Positions 39,517 through 50,771 of a stretch of 64,000 bases of DNA are shown one piece after another. The position numbers were made by a program, and so were the translations under genes. Numbering within the stretch: position 1 is the stretch's first letter; every line of letters begins with the position of its first letter. Origin of the DNA: an uncultured Clostridia bacterium (GTDB lineage: Bacteria > Bacillota > Clostridia > TANB77 > CAG-465); contig CALWOC010000002.1 of assembly GCA_944383015.1 (NCBI GenBank), positions 262,383 to 326,382 of the forward strand, given 5' to 3'. The notes under the pieces were generated by a model. The model worked only from the letters and a program-made list of their open reading frames with translations, was not told the origin of the DNA and ran no database searches.

Positions 39517-39990
39517 ATGAAAGAAGATGAAAAGGATTTTTTAGAAGAGAGTTTTAGAAAAGAAGTTTTAAAGTCAATGGATAAGAATCTTTCTGAAAAA
39601 GAGAAAAAAGAACTTATGGAAGAAGCAAATGTTTCTTTGAAATTTTTAGATAAGATAAATGAAATAGAATTACCTAAAGATAACTATGTTATATTTACTG
39701 ATGGAAAAGAACAATTGATATATGAAAACGGTGAGTTTTTTGTTGTTTCTTCTACTAGTACTTTAAAACAAAGAAAGAAAAAAACAAAAAAAGAAGCTAC
39801 TGATATGTATTTAGATTATTTTATTAAGTATCAGCTTAATCCTATATTAGATAGTAGAAAAGAAAAGCAAAAAGCTATTGAAGAAAAAGCTAAGACTAAA
39901 GCAAACAAGACAAAGCAGATTCAAAAAATTGCAGAAGATAAAAAAATTAAAAATGATAAAATTATAGAAAAAGAAGATTTAACAAGATAA
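39517..39990 (+). CDS. hypothetical K/E-rich protein
   Basis: ORF with RBS aggagga. Confidence 0.4.
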   Translation: MKEDEKDFLEESFRKEVLKSMDKNLSEKEKKELMEEANVSLKFLDKINEIELPKDNYVIFTDGKEQLIYENGEFFVVSSTSTLKQRKKKTKKEATDMYLDYFIKYQLNPILDSRKEKQKAIEEKAKTKANKTKQIQKIAEDKKIKNDKIIEKEDLTR

Positions 39991-40029
39991 AGAATACTAC
40001 CTTTAGTTAAAACTAAAGGTAGTATATTT

Positions 40030-40281
40030 TTAGCAAATACTATTTTTTACTTGTTCAATGTCTGCTTGACCTGCAGGAGCTGCTGGAACATAATATCCTT
40101 TTTCTTTTGCAATTAAATATATTTGCCACTGATAATTTTCTAGTGAATTTCTTGAAGTTATTAAAGTATCTCTAAAATTTTTATCATTTGATTGTTGAAT
40201 ACTATAGTTAATCATGTTTATAGTACTGTTTAACGTAGATAGTACGTCATTTACACCAATTTTCTCTGTCATTTTATTCAC
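40030..40281 (-). CDS. Coat F-domain spore coat protein-like
   Basis: ~83 aa, ...AKEKGYYVPAAPAG pattern reminiscent of Coat_F proteins. Confidence 0.4.
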   Translation of the reverse strand: MNKMTEKIGVNDVLSTLNSTINMINYSIQQSNDKNFRDTLITSRNSLENYQWQIYLIAKEKGYYVPAAPAGQADIEQVKNSIC

Positions 40282-40282
40282 C

Positions 40283-40465
40283 TCACAACATATTAGATAA
40301 TTCAGATTTTAAATTTGTACATTCACTACAGATATCATCAAATACCGTAGTTACATTAGAATCTGAAGTTAGAGTCTTGTAGTAATTAATTTTTGAGCAA
40401 AACTCAGTTGCATGACCACATATGTGTCTAATATTTTGAATTTCAATTTGATTTAAACTATTCAT
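40283..40465 (-). CDS. hypothetical small Cys-containing protein
   Basis: ORF co-directional and adjacent to the Coat F-like gene. Confidence 0.3.
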   Translation of the reverse strand: MNSLNQIEIQNIRHICGHATEFCSKINYYKTLTSDSNVTTVFDDICSECTNLKSELSNML

Positions 40466-40524
40466 AATAACCTCCTTTTAAATCACTAAGAATATTATCT
40501 GCAAATATTTTTGATTTATACAAA

Positions 40525-40890
40525 TTATTTTATAGTTGGTTTGGCAAATAATGATGCTAAAAATCCAAATACAACTGCTGCTGCAATTCCGCCGGCAGTT
40601 GCTGATACTCCACCAGTAAAAATTCCAATAAATCCTTGTTCAGATATTGCTTTTACAGTACCTTTATATAGCGAGTAGCCAAAACCAGAAATAGGGACAC
40701 TTGCACCACATTTCCCAAAATTATATATAGGCTCATAAAGACCTAAAAAGCCAAGTATTACACCAAGTGTAACAAACAGAGTTAGTATTCTTGCAGGTGT
40801 AATCTTTGTTTTATCTATTAAAATTTGACCAATTGTACATATTATACCGCCTGTTAAAAAAACTTTACCATATTCTAAAAATATATCCAT
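40525..40890 (-). CDS. spoVAEb: stage V sporulation protein AE (SpoVAEb)
   Basis: ~120 aa membrane protein; spoVAC-spoVAD-spoVAE gene order. Confidence 0.7.
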   Translation of the reverse strand: MDIFLEYGKVFLTGGIICTIGQILIDKTKITPARILTLFVTLGVILGFLGLYEPIYNFGKCGASVPISGFGYSLYKGTVKAISEQGFIGIFTGGVSATAGGIAAAVVFGFLASLFAKPTIK

Positions 40891-40893
40891 AGT

Positions 40894-41910
40894 TTACACC
40901 TCATTTTCTATTGCTATAGCATGAGCAATTCCAGGAATTGATTCGCCTTGGGATGATGATAGTGGACTCATTAATGCACCTGTTGCTACAAGTAGAATTT
41001 TATTTATATTTTTTGCTTTTAATTCGTTAAAAAAATAAGAAGAAAATACACTTGCTACGCATCCACAACCACTTCCTCCACAGTTTACATCTTGTTTTTT
41101 CTCATCATATATTAATATACCACAGTCTTTATGTTTTTTAGAGATATCGATTCCCTCTTTTTTAAATAATTGTATTAACATATCTGTACCATGAATACCT
41201 AAATCTCCAGTAATTATAGCATCATAATAGTTAATATCTCTTCCTGTATCATTTAAATGGTTAGAAACAGTGCTAAATACAGCTGGAGCCATTGCAGCTC
41301 CCATATTTGACATATCTGTTACGCCTAAATCAATTATTTTACCTGGAGTTACATGAGTTATATGTATTCCATTATCTGCAATTTCTCTTCTTGTTATAAG
41401 TGCTGCTCCACTAGCTGTAACTGTTGCTTGTGCAGTTGGACTTTTTTGATTACCGTGTTCTAAAGGCATTCTAAATTGTCTTTCAGCACTACAAAAATGA
41501 GAAGAGGCAGCAGCAACTACTTGTTTTACACAATTAGATTCAAGAAGTAATGAAGAAAGAAGCATTCCTTCACAAAAAGTAGAACAAGCTCCATAAAGTC
41601 CTAAGAATGGAGTATCAAATGAACGTATTGCAAATCCAGAAGAAATACATTGGTTTAATAAATCACCTGAAAAAATAACATCAACATCATGTTCTGTTAT
41701 TCCAGATTTTACCAATAAGTTATTTATACAACTTTCAAGCATTTTACTTTCAGACTTTTCAAATGTTTTTTCATCAAAAAAAACATCTTTTATATGCAAA
41801 TCAAAATAGTTTGCAAGTGGACCTTGCATTTCTTTTGGTCCAACTATACTTGAGGTTGAATATATGCAAGGCTTGCATTCAATTTTAAAAGTTTGTTTTC
41901 CAATTTTCAT
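40894..41910 (-). CDS. spoVAD: stage V sporulation protein AD
   Basis: 338 aa thiolase-like fold SpoVAD sequence. Confidence 0.85.
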   Translation of the reverse strand: MKIGKQTFKIECKPCIYSTSSIVGPKEMQGPLANYFDLHIKDVFFDEKTFEKSESKMLESCINNLLVKSGITEHDVDVIFSGDLLNQCISSGFAIRSFDTPFLGLYGACSTFCEGMLLSSLLLESNCVKQVVAAASSHFCSAERQFRMPLEHGNQKSPTAQATVTASGAALITRREIADNGIHITHVTPGKIIDLGVTDMSNMGAAMAPAVFSTVSNHLNDTGRDINYYDAIITGDLGIHGTDMLIQLFKKEGIDISKKHKDCGILIYDEKKQDVNCGGSGCGCVASVFSSYFFNELKAKNINKILLVATGALMSPLSSSQGESIPGIAHAIAIENEV

Positions 41911-41920
41911 TTTTAACCTC

Positions 41921-42379
41921 CTAAATTATATAATTAAAAATATAGTATATAAATCCTAAAATAACAGATGTTGTTATTCCGTACACTAGTACAGGACCTG
42001 CAATTTTAAACATATTTGCGCCAATCCCTAAAATATATCCTTCGCTTTTAAATTCAATAGCAGGAGATACAACAGAGTTTGAAAAACCAGTGATAGGAAT
42101 TGTAGATCCAGCTCCAGCGATTTTTCCAAGTCTTGAATATAAGTTTATTGCAGTTAAAAAAGCACCAATAAATATTAAAGATATACTTGTAATTGTGCCT
42201 GCTTTTTCTTTGTCTATATTTAAATTTAGCATTTGATCAAATATAAATTGACCTAGCATACAAATTAAACCTCCTATTATGAAGGCAAAAAATATATTTT
42301 TTAAAATAGGGCTTTTTTCTGCTTTTTTTGATATTAAATCATTATATTCACTATTTGAAATATTTAAATTTGTATTCAT
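41921..42379 (-). CDS. spoVAC: stage V sporulation protein AC
   Basis: ~150 aa membrane protein upstream of spoVAD. Confidence 0.8.
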   Translation of the reverse strand: MNTNLNISNSEYNDLISKKAEKSPILKNIFFAFIIGGLICMLGQFIFDQMLNLNIDKEKAGTITSISLIFIGAFLTAINLYSRLGKIAGAGSTIPITGFSNSVVSPAIEFKSEGYILGIGANMFKIAGPVLVYGITTSVILGFIYYIFNYII

Positions 42380-42513
42380 AATATAATCACCATTAATACT
42401 ATTTGCAAAAAAAATCTAAATATAATTTTTATTTATATTTTTTAAAAAATATTGAAATAGAAACAATAATTTGATATAATGTCTACATATATTGGAGCTA
42501 TGGGGGTAGTAAT

Positions 42514-42933
42514 ATGGAAAACGAGAAAAAGTTTGGAACTGAGATGTTCGGTTATGATAAGAAGGAAGTTGAAGAGTATGTAAAAGCTATGAAAGCTGAT
42601 TACGAAAGTAAATTACAAGCCGAACGCTCAGATGCTAATAGAATTGCTAATGAGCTTTCTTTGGTTAAAAGAAAACTAGAAAAATATGAAACAGACTATA
42701 TCGCAAAACAAGAAAAAGTTGCTAGTGCTCTAATAACTGCGGAAGATCAAGCAAAAAAAATTATTGAAAATTCAAGAAGTGAAGCTATACAAGAAAAAGA
42801 TAGAATTGAACACTTAATTGAAATGGAAAAAGAAAAACTCTTAGATATGAAAAGAGAAGTAATAGATTTAAAAGAGAAAACTGTAGGATTATTAGATAAA
42901 TACAGTCAAGAAATCAATAATTTATTAGATTAG
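42514..42933 (+). CDS. DivIVA-domain protein
   Basis: N-terminal F...GYDKKEVEEYV DivIVA motif followed by coiled coil. Confidence 0.6.
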   Translation: MENEKKFGTEMFGYDKKEVEEYVKAMKADYESKLQAERSDANRIANELSLVKRKLEKYETDYIAKQEKVASALITAEDQAKKIIENSRSEAIQEKDRIEHLIEMEKEKLLDMKREVIDLKEKTVGLLDKYSQEINNLLD

Positions 42934-42983
42934 TAATTATATTTAAGTGACCGTAATAAAATAGAACATAGGAGATATGTTTT

Positions 42984-44129
42984 ATGAAAATTGCGGTTAC
43001 TTTTTTTAGAAAAAATAAAAAAATACAAAAGATAAGAAAAAATTATGTTCATGTAGACACTACAAACAGTATAAATATAAAAAAATATGAAATATTAATA
43101 GTATTATTTGTTATAATATTTATTATATTTAATAGTAACAACCTAATATATTTAGGAAGTAATATAGTAGAAGTAAAAAATATAGATATATCTAATGAAA
43201 AGATTATTTCTTTAAATTCTTTGGCAAATTCAGATAATTATATATTTAAAGAGAAAGAAGAAATAGAAAAAGTACAAAAAGATGTTGGAACACAAGAAGA
43301 AATTGCAATGGATCAAATAGCAGAAGAATATAATGATATATCAACTTTTAATGATATAACAGCAGATGATATAAAAATTGTAGCAGAAAATGAAATGTAT
43401 CAGAAGCTTAATATTTGTGGAGTAGATATAACAAACTACTCTACTAATAGAAATATTGACTTTGAAGCTATAATAAATAGTGAAGATAAGTTTTTTTCAA
43501 AATCGATTGATGAGGTATTGTTATATACAACTCATACGTCAGAATCATATGCTAATAGTCAAAACTATGTGTTTGATTATACAAGTCCAAGAAGAACTAC
43601 AGACGGACAATATAATATGTTAGCTGTATCATCAAAGCTTGCATCAAATTTAAATAATAAGGGTATTAATACTGTTTGTAGTTTAACACCTCATGATTAT
43701 GGTGAGTATAATAGTGCATATACAAATTCAAGGCAAACCTTTGAATCTTTAATTGCTCAAAACCCTAATGTGGCAATTGCTATAGATGTACATAGAGATG
43801 CGATAGAGGATTTAGATTTTGCGCCAAATGTAGAATTAAGGGGATATAAGGTTGCATCTTTAATGCTTGTAATGGGAATAGGATATGATGGAGAGTATAA
43901 TCCATATTATATGGAAAATTTAAAACTTGCTCTTCAAATTCAAATTCTTGCAAATAAAATATATCCTGGTCTTTTTAGACCAATGATAATACGTAATTCT
44001 GTATATAATCAAGATATAAGAGCAAATTCATTTTTAGTTGAAGTTGGAGCATCAGGAAATACTTTAGATGAAGCAATTTTAGCTACAAGGTGTTTATCAA
44101 ATTTATTAAATATACTATATAAGGATTGA
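42984..44129 (+). CDS. spoIIP: stage II sporulation protein P-like
   Basis: N-terminal TM; LLYTTHTSESY and IAIDVHRDA motifs typical of SpoIIP. Confidence 0.55.
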   Translation: MKIAVTFFRKNKKIQKIRKNYVHVDTTNSINIKKYEILIVLFVIIFIIFNSNNLIYLGSNIVEVKNIDISNEKIISLNSLANSDNYIFKEKEEIEKVQKDVGTQEEIAMDQIAEEYNDISTFNDITADDIKIVAENEMYQKLNICGVDITNYSTNRNIDFEAIINSEDKFFSKSIDEVLLYTTHTSESYANSQNYVFDYTSPRRTTDGQYNMLAVSSKLASNLNNKGINTVCSLTPHDYGEYNSAYTNSRQTFESLIAQNPNVAIAIDVHRDAIEDLDFAPNVELRGYKVASLMLVMGIGYDGEYNPYYMENLKLALQIQILANKIYPGLFRPMIIRNSVYNQDIRANSFLVEVGASGNTLDEAILATRCLSNLLNILYKD

Positions 44130-44186
44130 TTTGGATATTTTATTTGTGATATAATCTAAAATCAGTATGAAAGGTTAGGAGTGTAA

Positions 44187-46163
44187 ATGGCAAAGTTAGT
44201 TATAGTTGAATCTCCTTCTAAAGCAAAAACAATAAAAAAATATTTAGGTGGAGATTATGATGTTATTGCATCACAAGGACATATTATAGATTTACCTTCA
44301 AGTAAACTTGCGGTTGATATAGATAATGATTTTAAACCAGAGTATAAAACTATGAAGGGAAAGGCTAGTATAATAAAAAATATAAAGAAGCTTGCAAAAG
44401 ATAAAGATGTAGTTTATCTTGCAACCGACCCCGATAGAGAAGGAGAAGCAATTGCATGGCATTTAAAAAATGTATTAGGTATTAAAGATAATGAAAAATG
44501 TAGAATAGAATTTAATGAAATTACAAAAAATGCAGTAAAAAAAGCAGTTCAAAAGCCTAGAGTTGTAAATCAGGCTTTAGTAAACGCCCAGCAGGCAAGA
44601 CGTATACTTGATAGACTTGTTGGATATAAGTTATCACCTTTATTATGGAAAAAAGTAAAAAAAGGGACTAGTGCAGGAAGAGTACAGTCTGTTGCATTAA
44701 AAATAATAGTAGACAAGGAAAGAGAAATAAGAGCGTTTGTACCTGAAGATTATTATTTAATGTATGCAAAATTAGAAAAAGATGAGGACATACTAATCGC
44801 AAAATTTTACGGTGATACAAAAGGAAAAATTGAATTAAAAGATGAAAAGCAAGTTAATAAAATAATTAAAGCAATAGATAATAAGCAATACGAAGTAATA
44901 GATATAAAAAAGAGTGAGAGAAAAAGAAATCCACCTGCTCCATTTACGACGTCTTCATTACAACAGGAAGCATCACGAAAACTTGGGTTTAGTGTAAAAA
45001 AGACTATGATGGTTGCACAAAAACTATATGAATCTGGATATATAACATATATGAGAACTGATTCAACAAGACTTTCTGAAGATGCAATGAAAATGGCAAA
45101 GGAATATATTACAAATAAATTTGGAAAAGAGTATTACTTAAATAGAGAATTTAAGGTAAAAGAAAGTGCACAAGATGCACATGAAGCTATAAGACCTTCA
45201 AACGTAGAAGCTATTGTTGATTTGGGAAAAGACGAAGAAAAATTATATAACTTAATAGTGAATAGGTTTTTAGCATCTCAAATGTCTGTTGCTCTATATG
45301 ATACAACTAGAATAAGACTTAAGGTTGAAAATTATATTTTTTATATAAACGGAAGAACTATAAAATTTGATGGATATATGAAGTTATATATTGAAGGAAA
45401 AGATGATAAAGTAAAATCTAAAAATGATTCGGAAGATGACGACGATGATGATAGAGCTTTGCCAGAATTTTACATAGGAGAAAAATTAATTCCTAAAGAA
45501 TTAAAAGCAGATAAAAAGACAACAGAGCCCCCAGCAAGGTATACAGAAGCTACTCTTGTTAAAGTTATGGAAGAAAAGGGTATAGGAAGACCAAGTACAT
45601 ATGCCCCTATTATTTCAACATTAGAAGAAAGAGTGTATATTGAAAAAGATGGTAGATATCTAAAGCCTACAGAGCTTGGGGAAATAATAAATAAATTACT
45701 AGAAGAAAACTTTAAAGATATTGTAGATGTTAAGTTTACTGCTGATATGGAAAATAAGCTTGATGATGTAGCTGATTCTAAACAAGACTATGTACAAATG
45801 TTAAGAGAGTTTTATGAGCCATTTAATAAAAACTTACTTGAAGTACAAGATAAAATAGAAAAAATAAAAATTCCAGAACAAGAAACTGATGTAGTTTGTG
45901 AAAAATGTGGAAGAAAAATGGTTATAAAACAAGGCAGGTTTGGAAAATTTCTTGCGTGTCCTGGATATCCAGAATGTAAAAATATAAAACCATATAATGA
46001 ATCAATAGATATTCCATGTCCTGAGTGTGGAGGAAAAGTTTTAATTAAACATACTAAAACAAGAAGACCATTTTATGTATGTGAAAATAATACAAATACT
46101 GAGGACAGTAAATGTCATTATATATCTTGGAGTAAGCCTACATCTAAGAAGAAAGAAGAGTAA
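44187..46163 (+). CDS. topA: DNA topoisomerase I
   Basis: TOPRIM N-terminus (LVIVESPSKAKTI), catalytic Tyr region, C-terminal Zn ribbons. Confidence 0.95.
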   Translation: MAKLVIVESPSKAKTIKKYLGGDYDVIASQGHIIDLPSSKLAVDIDNDFKPEYKTMKGKASIIKNIKKLAKDKDVVYLATDPDREGEAIAWHLKNVLGIKDNEKCRIEFNEITKNAVKKAVQKPRVVNQALVNAQQARRILDRLVGYKLSPLLWKKVKKGTSAGRVQSVALKIIVDKEREIRAFVPEDYYLMYAKLEKDEDILIAKFYGDTKGKIELKDEKQVNKIIKAIDNKQYEVIDIKKSERKRNPPAPFTTSSLQQEASRKLGFSVKKTMMVAQKLYESGYITYMRTDSTRLSEDAMKMAKEYITNKFGKEYYLNREFKVKESAQDAHEAIRPSNVEAIVDLGKDEEKLYNLIVNRFLASQMSVALYDTTRIRLKVENYIFYINGRTIKFDGYMKLYIEGKDDKVKSKNDSEDDDDDDRALPEFYIGEKLIPKELKADKKTTEPPARYTEATLVKVMEEKGIGRPSTYAPIISTLEERVYIEKDGRYLKPTELGEIINKLLEENFKDIVDVKFTADMENKLDDVADSKQDYVQMLREFYEPFNKNLLEVQDKIEKIKIPEQETDVVCEKCGRKMVIKQGRFGKFLACPGYPECKNIKPYNESIDIPCPECGGKVLIKHTKTRRPFYVCENNTNTEDSKCHYISWSKPTSKKKEE

Positions 46164-46244
46164 CTTTGAAAGCTACTCTTCTTTTGCTATTTATCTTGTA
46201 AAACATTAGTTTGAATGGTATAATAGCTTTGAATGGAGAATGAT

Positions 46245-47612
46245 ATGGAAAGAAAAGTTAATATAATAGGGGCAGGACTTGCAGGATGTGAATGTGCATA
46301 TATTCTTGCAAAAAATGGAATAAAAGTTAGATTATATGAAATGAAGCCAAATTTTAAAAGTGAGGCACATAAGTCGGATGAATTTGCAGAACTTGTATGT
46401 AGTAATTCTTTAAAATCAGAACTTATTACAAATGCTTGTGGATTGTTAAAAAAAGAAATGGAGATGCTTGGAAGTCTTTTTATAGAAGCAGCATACAATG
46501 CAAAAGTTCCAGCAGGGCAAGCATTAGCTGTAAATAGAGATATTTTTTCTAAATATATAACAAAAAAAATTAAAGAGAATGAAAATATTGAAGTTGTATA
46601 TGAAAAAGTAAAAAGTTTAAATGATATAGACGGAATTAAAGTGATTGCAACTGGACCTCTTACAGATAGTGTATTAATGAATAGTTTAAAAGATAAGATA
46701 GGACAAGAAGATTTATATTTTTATGATGCTGCAGCACCTATTATATCAAGCGACTCGATTGATATGAATATTGCTTATTGGGGAGATCGATATGAGCAAG
46801 AAAGAAAAAGAAATGAGTCTATTGATGAGTGGAAAGAAAGAATAAGTAAAATATCAAAATCAGACTATCTTAATTTACCTATGAATAAAGAAGAATATGA
46901 GAGATTTTGTAATGAGTTAGTAAATGCAGAAGTTGTAACACTTCATGATTTTGAGAAAAAAGATATATTTGAAGGGTGTATGCCAATAGAGGTTATGGCC
47001 AAAAGAGGTATAGATACACTTAGATTTGGTCCTTTAAAGCCTGTTGGTTTTACAGACTTAAGAACAGGAAGTAGACCATATGCAAATGTTCAGCTAAGAA
47101 TGGAAAATGTAGAAGGTAAATCTTTTAATATTGTAGGATTTCAGACAAATTTAAAGTTTGGAGAGCAAAAAAGAGTTTTTTCTTTAATTCCTGGTCTTAA
47201 AAATGCTATTTTTGAAAGATATGGCGTTATGCATAAAAATACATATATAAATGGAGGAAAACTTTTAGACAATAATTTTTGCTTAAAGAAAGATAATAAT
47301 ATATATTTTGCTGGTCAGATTTCTGGAGTAGAAGGATATGTGGAATCTGCAGCTTCTGGTATGATGGTAGCATATAGCATTATTGAAAGATTTAATGGAA
47401 GTGAATTAGTATTTCCAGAAGATACAATGCTTGGTAGTCTAGCTAAATATGTTTCTACAGAAAATGTAAATTATCAGCCAATGAATGCCAACTTTGGAAT
47501 AATTAAACCTTTAGATAGAAAAATTAAAGACAAAAAGCAAAAGTATACTGCGATTGCAAATATTTCTTTAGATAGTATAGAGAGATTCAAAAATAGTAAA
47601 TCTTGGAGGTAG
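46245..47612 (+). CDS. trmFO: methylenetetrahydrofolate--tRNA-(uracil-5-)-methyltransferase TrmFO
   Basis: VNIIGAGLAGCECAY FAD-binding N-terminus; topA-trmFO synteny; TTGTAA-17-TATAAT promoter upstream. Confidence 0.85.
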   Translation: MERKVNIIGAGLAGCECAYILAKNGIKVRLYEMKPNFKSEAHKSDEFAELVCSNSLKSELITNACGLLKKEMEMLGSLFIEAAYNAKVPAGQALAVNRDIFSKYITKKIKENENIEVVYEKVKSLNDIDGIKVIATGPLTDSVLMNSLKDKIGQEDLYFYDAAAPIISSDSIDMNIAYWGDRYEQERKRNESIDEWKERISKISKSDYLNLPMNKEEYERFCNELVNAEVVTLHDFEKKDIFEGCMPIEVMAKRGIDTLRFGPLKPVGFTDLRTGSRPYANVQLRMENVEGKSFNIVGFQTNLKFGEQKRVFSLIPGLKNAIFERYGVMHKNTYINGGKLLDNNFCLKKDNNIYFAGQISGVEGYVESAASGMMVAYSIIERFNGSELVFPEDTMLGSLAKYVSTENVNYQPMNANFGIIKPLDRKIKDKKQKYTAIANISLDSIERFKNSKSWR

Positions 47613-47614
47613 GC

Positions 47615-48523
47615 ATGAGTAACATATATTTGTTTTATGGTGAAGAAAAGTATGATATAAATCAAAGAGTAGAAAAAATAAAAAAAGAGTTTTCAAATTT
47701 AGAAGTTGGAGTAAATTTGTTTTATATAAATTCAGAGAATATAGATGAGCTTGAAAGTATTACTCAGGGGGTATCATTTTTTGGAAGTGAAAAATTAATA
47801 ATTATTAGAAATACTAATTTAAAATTTAATGTTAATATTTTAAAAGATATAGATAAGGATATTAAAGTTATAATAATTGAAGATAGTATAGATAAAAGAT
47901 TATCTGAATATAAGACATTATCTAAAATTGCAGAATGTACTGAGTATAATCATTTAGATGAAAGACAAATGACTCAATTTATAATTCAAATTTTAAAAAA
48001 ATATAATGTCAATATTTCATATGATGATGCACAATATATGCAAAGTGTATGTGGAAATGATAAATATAATACTATTAATGAGCTTCAAAAATTAGTGATA
48101 TATGTACAAAGTGGTTTTACAGTAACAAAAGATATTATAGATAAAGTATGTTCTAAAACACTTAACGCAAAAATTTTTGATGTATTAGATGATATCGTAA
48201 ATAAAAGAAAAGATATAGCAATAGAAGAGTTAAATTCTCTTCTTAGACAAAAAGAACCAATTGTTAAAATTTATATAATGCTATATAAGCAATTTAAACA
48301 ACTTTATATGATAAAGCTTTTGAAAAACTCAGGAGATAAGAATATAGCACAAACTTTAGGGATAGCACCGTTTATTGTAAAAAAATTATCTTATTCTTGT
48401 GATAAATATTCTGAAAAAGAATTAAAAAATATAATATATGCTTTTGATAATTATGATCAAAAAACTAAAAATGGAGATATGGATTTTGAGATTGGTTTAA
48501 AAGAAATAATATGTATGTTATAG
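47615..48523 (+). CDS. holA: DNA polymerase III delta subunit-like
   Basis: IYLFYGEEKY N-terminus and ~300 aa size; adjacent to gpr. Confidence 0.5.
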   Translation: MSNIYLFYGEEKYDINQRVEKIKKEFSNLEVGVNLFYINSENIDELESITQGVSFFGSEKLIIIRNTNLKFNVNILKDIDKDIKVIIIEDSIDKRLSEYKTLSKIAECTEYNHLDERQMTQFIIQILKKYNVNISYDDAQYMQSVCGNDKYNTINELQKLVIYVQSGFTVTKDIIDKVCSKTLNAKIFDVLDDIVNKRKDIAIEELNSLLRQKEPIVKIYIMLYKQFKQLYMIKLLKNSGDKNIAQTLGIAPFIVKKLSYSCDKYSEKELKNIIYAFDNYDQKTKNGDMDFEIGLKEIICML

Positions 48524-48572
48524 AATAAAAGCACCTTTATTTATACATAATTGTATATAGAGGTGTTTTTTT

Positions 48573-49448
48573 ATGAATAAGATAAAATACAATACAGATA
48601 TGGCAGATGAGAGAGTAGATGAGTACAAAGTAATAAACAATATGAGTAGCATTGATGGCATAGAAATAACAGAAGAGAAATTTGATGAATTTAAAATCAC
48701 ACAAGTTAATGTTTTAAATCAAAATGGAGCAGATGCAATAGATAAAAAAATAGGTAAGTATATTACTTTTGAGATGGAAAATGTAAAATATTTAGAAAAT
48801 AAAGATAAAATAGTTTTAAAGTTAAATGAGTATTTAAAAGAATTAATTACTTCAAAAGATTCAGTAATGATAGTAGGACTTGGAAATTTATACGTTACAC
48901 CGGATGCTTTAGGATCAAAAGTTGTAAATAGTATAGATGTTACAAGACATATTTTAAAACTTGCAAAAGAAATGGTAAGTGAAAATACTCGTGAAGTTAG
49001 TGCTATTTGTCCAGGTGTAATGGGAAATACGGGAATACAAACAAGTGAAATAATATCTTCAGTTTCACAAATTGTTAAACCTAAGTATATTATTGTTATT
49101 GATAGCTTGATGTCAAAATCAATAAAAAGAGTCGGAGCATCTATACAACTTAGTAATACGGGAATAACACCAGGGTCTGGAATTACTGGTTTTAATAACG
49201 CTATAGATAAAGACTCAACTGGAGCAACTGTTATATCTTTAGGAGTACCCATGGTGGTAGATATGGCAACAATAACAAATGATGCTTTAAATAAAATAGA
49301 GAATAAAGAAGATGAAAGAGGAGAACGATATTATAAAATAGCAAATATTTTAGATACAGAAAATTATATAGTTACACCTAAAGATATAGATGAATTAATT
49401 CAAATTATGTCTGATATAATTTCACAGAGTATAAACAGAGCTATGTAA
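48573..49448 (+). CDS. gpr: germination protease
   Basis: TDMADE, ITQVNVLNQNGADAIDKKIGKYITFE closely parallel the B. subtilis Gpr N-terminal region. Confidence 0.8.
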   Translation: MNKIKYNTDMADERVDEYKVINNMSSIDGIEITEEKFDEFKITQVNVLNQNGADAIDKKIGKYITFEMENVKYLENKDKIVLKLNEYLKELITSKDSVMIVGLGNLYVTPDALGSKVVNSIDVTRHILKLAKEMVSENTREVSAICPGVMGNTGIQTSEIISSVSQIVKPKYIIVIDSLMSKSIKRVGASIQLSNTGITPGSGITGFNNAIDKDSTGATVISLGVPMVVDMATITNDALNKIENKEDERGERYYKIANILDTENYIVTPKDIDELIQIMSDIISQSINRAM

Positions 49449-49513
49449 TTTATATATTGATTTTTATTAATAATTAGTATAAAATATCATTATGATTTTA
49501 GGAGGAAAAACAT

Positions 49514-50719
49514 ATGACGAAAAATAGAATTGGTATGATATTAACTATACTAATGTTTTCAATACTAACATTTAATGTTACGCTTGCAGCAGAAATTTTT
49601 GATAACAAAAGTACAAATGAAGTATATAAGGTTAGTGAAGATGATTCATCTTTCGACTTACCATTTATTAGAGTTATAGACAATAGAATTGAAGTAGATA
49701 AATCAATTTCACAAGTTGGACTTTTTATGAGTACAAATTCAATTGAGGTTACTGAACCTTTAGAAGGAATACAAGTATTTTATGGTAATGATACAGTAAG
49801 ACTTAACGCTAGTACTCAATATCCTGTTGTATTTACTACAGGAAATGTTGTAATAAATGGAGAGATTGAAAATACAACATTTATATATTGTAATGGAACA
49901 ATTACATTAGGAGAAGATGCAAATATTAAAGGAAATTTAATATGCTATTCACCAAAACTTGAAATTAATGGTCAAATTGATGGAAATATTTTAGGAAGTG
50001 TTACTACTTTAGATATAAATAATACTATTAAAGGTAAAGTTAGAATGAAGGTACAACAAATAAATTGTTCAGAAAATGCAGTTGTTGAAAATGAAATGCA
50101 ATTTACAACAACAAATGCAGAGCTTTCAGTTCCAGAAAGTGTTGGAACTGCTAAAATAGATGTACTTTCTGGAAATGATGTAAAAGTAGGACAATATTTC
50201 TTAGAAATATTAATAGCTACTATAGGAAATATAGTTATCTTCTTATTGTTATTAATATTATTAAAAGGAGAAAAATTAGAAAAGCTTACAAAAGGAATAA
50301 CAAATGGAAAAAAAGTATTAAAAAATGGTGTATCTGCATATATAGTATTAATTATTAGTATATGCTTTGGAATTGTGCTATTGGCATTACTTACAAAATT
50401 AGGTATAGCATTAATAGTTTTTGCAGCAGCTGTTATGATAATATTTACACTATTAAAAAATGTAATATTTGGAATATTTATTGTTGAACTTGTTAAAACT
50501 AGATATGCAAAACAAGAAATTAAACCTAATGGTGTTTTAACAGCAATTGTTGTATTTTTAATTTTAGAGTTGCTAGAAATTATACCATATGTAGGAGAAA
50601 TAATTAAATTTATAGTATTTATATTCTCACTTGGAATTGTATATTCCTTAATTAAAAAAGATAATGAAAAAGTAGAGGTCGTTAAAGAAGATAAACAAGA
50701 GGTAATTGATGTAAAATAG
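49514..50719 (+). CDS. bactofilin-like (beta-helical) domain protein with C-terminal TM segments
   Basis: Signal/TM N-terminus; repetitive beta-rich G/N/I segment; C-terminal multi-TM region. Confidence 0.4.
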   Translation: MTKNRIGMILTILMFSILTFNVTLAAEIFDNKSTNEVYKVSEDDSSFDLPFIRVIDNRIEVDKSISQVGLFMSTNSIEVTEPLEGIQVFYGNDTVRLNASTQYPVVFTTGNVVINGEIENTTFIYCNGTITLGEDANIKGNLICYSPKLEINGQIDGNILGSVTTLDINNTIKGKVRMKVQQINCSENAVVENEMQFTTTNAELSVPESVGTAKIDVLSGNDVKVGQYFLEILIATIGNIVIFLLLLILLKGEKLEKLTKGITNGKKVLKNGVSAYIVLIISICFGIVLLALLTKLGIALIVFAAAVMIIFTLLKNVIFGIFIVELVKTRYAKQEIKPNGVLTAIVVFLILELLEIIPYVGEIIKFIVFIFSLGIVYSLIKKDNEKVEVVKEDKQEVIDVK

Positions 50720-50771
50720 TCATAAAATGAAGAGTTAAACATAGACTATACCAAAGGAAGAAGGTATAGCT

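Noticed and set aside
48719-50742. Minus-strand ORFs 48719..49252 (177 aa) and 49972..50742 (256 aa)
   Set aside because: Antisense to gpr and to the bactofilin-like gene, with low-complexity S/T/I/F-rich translations typical of shadow ORFs.
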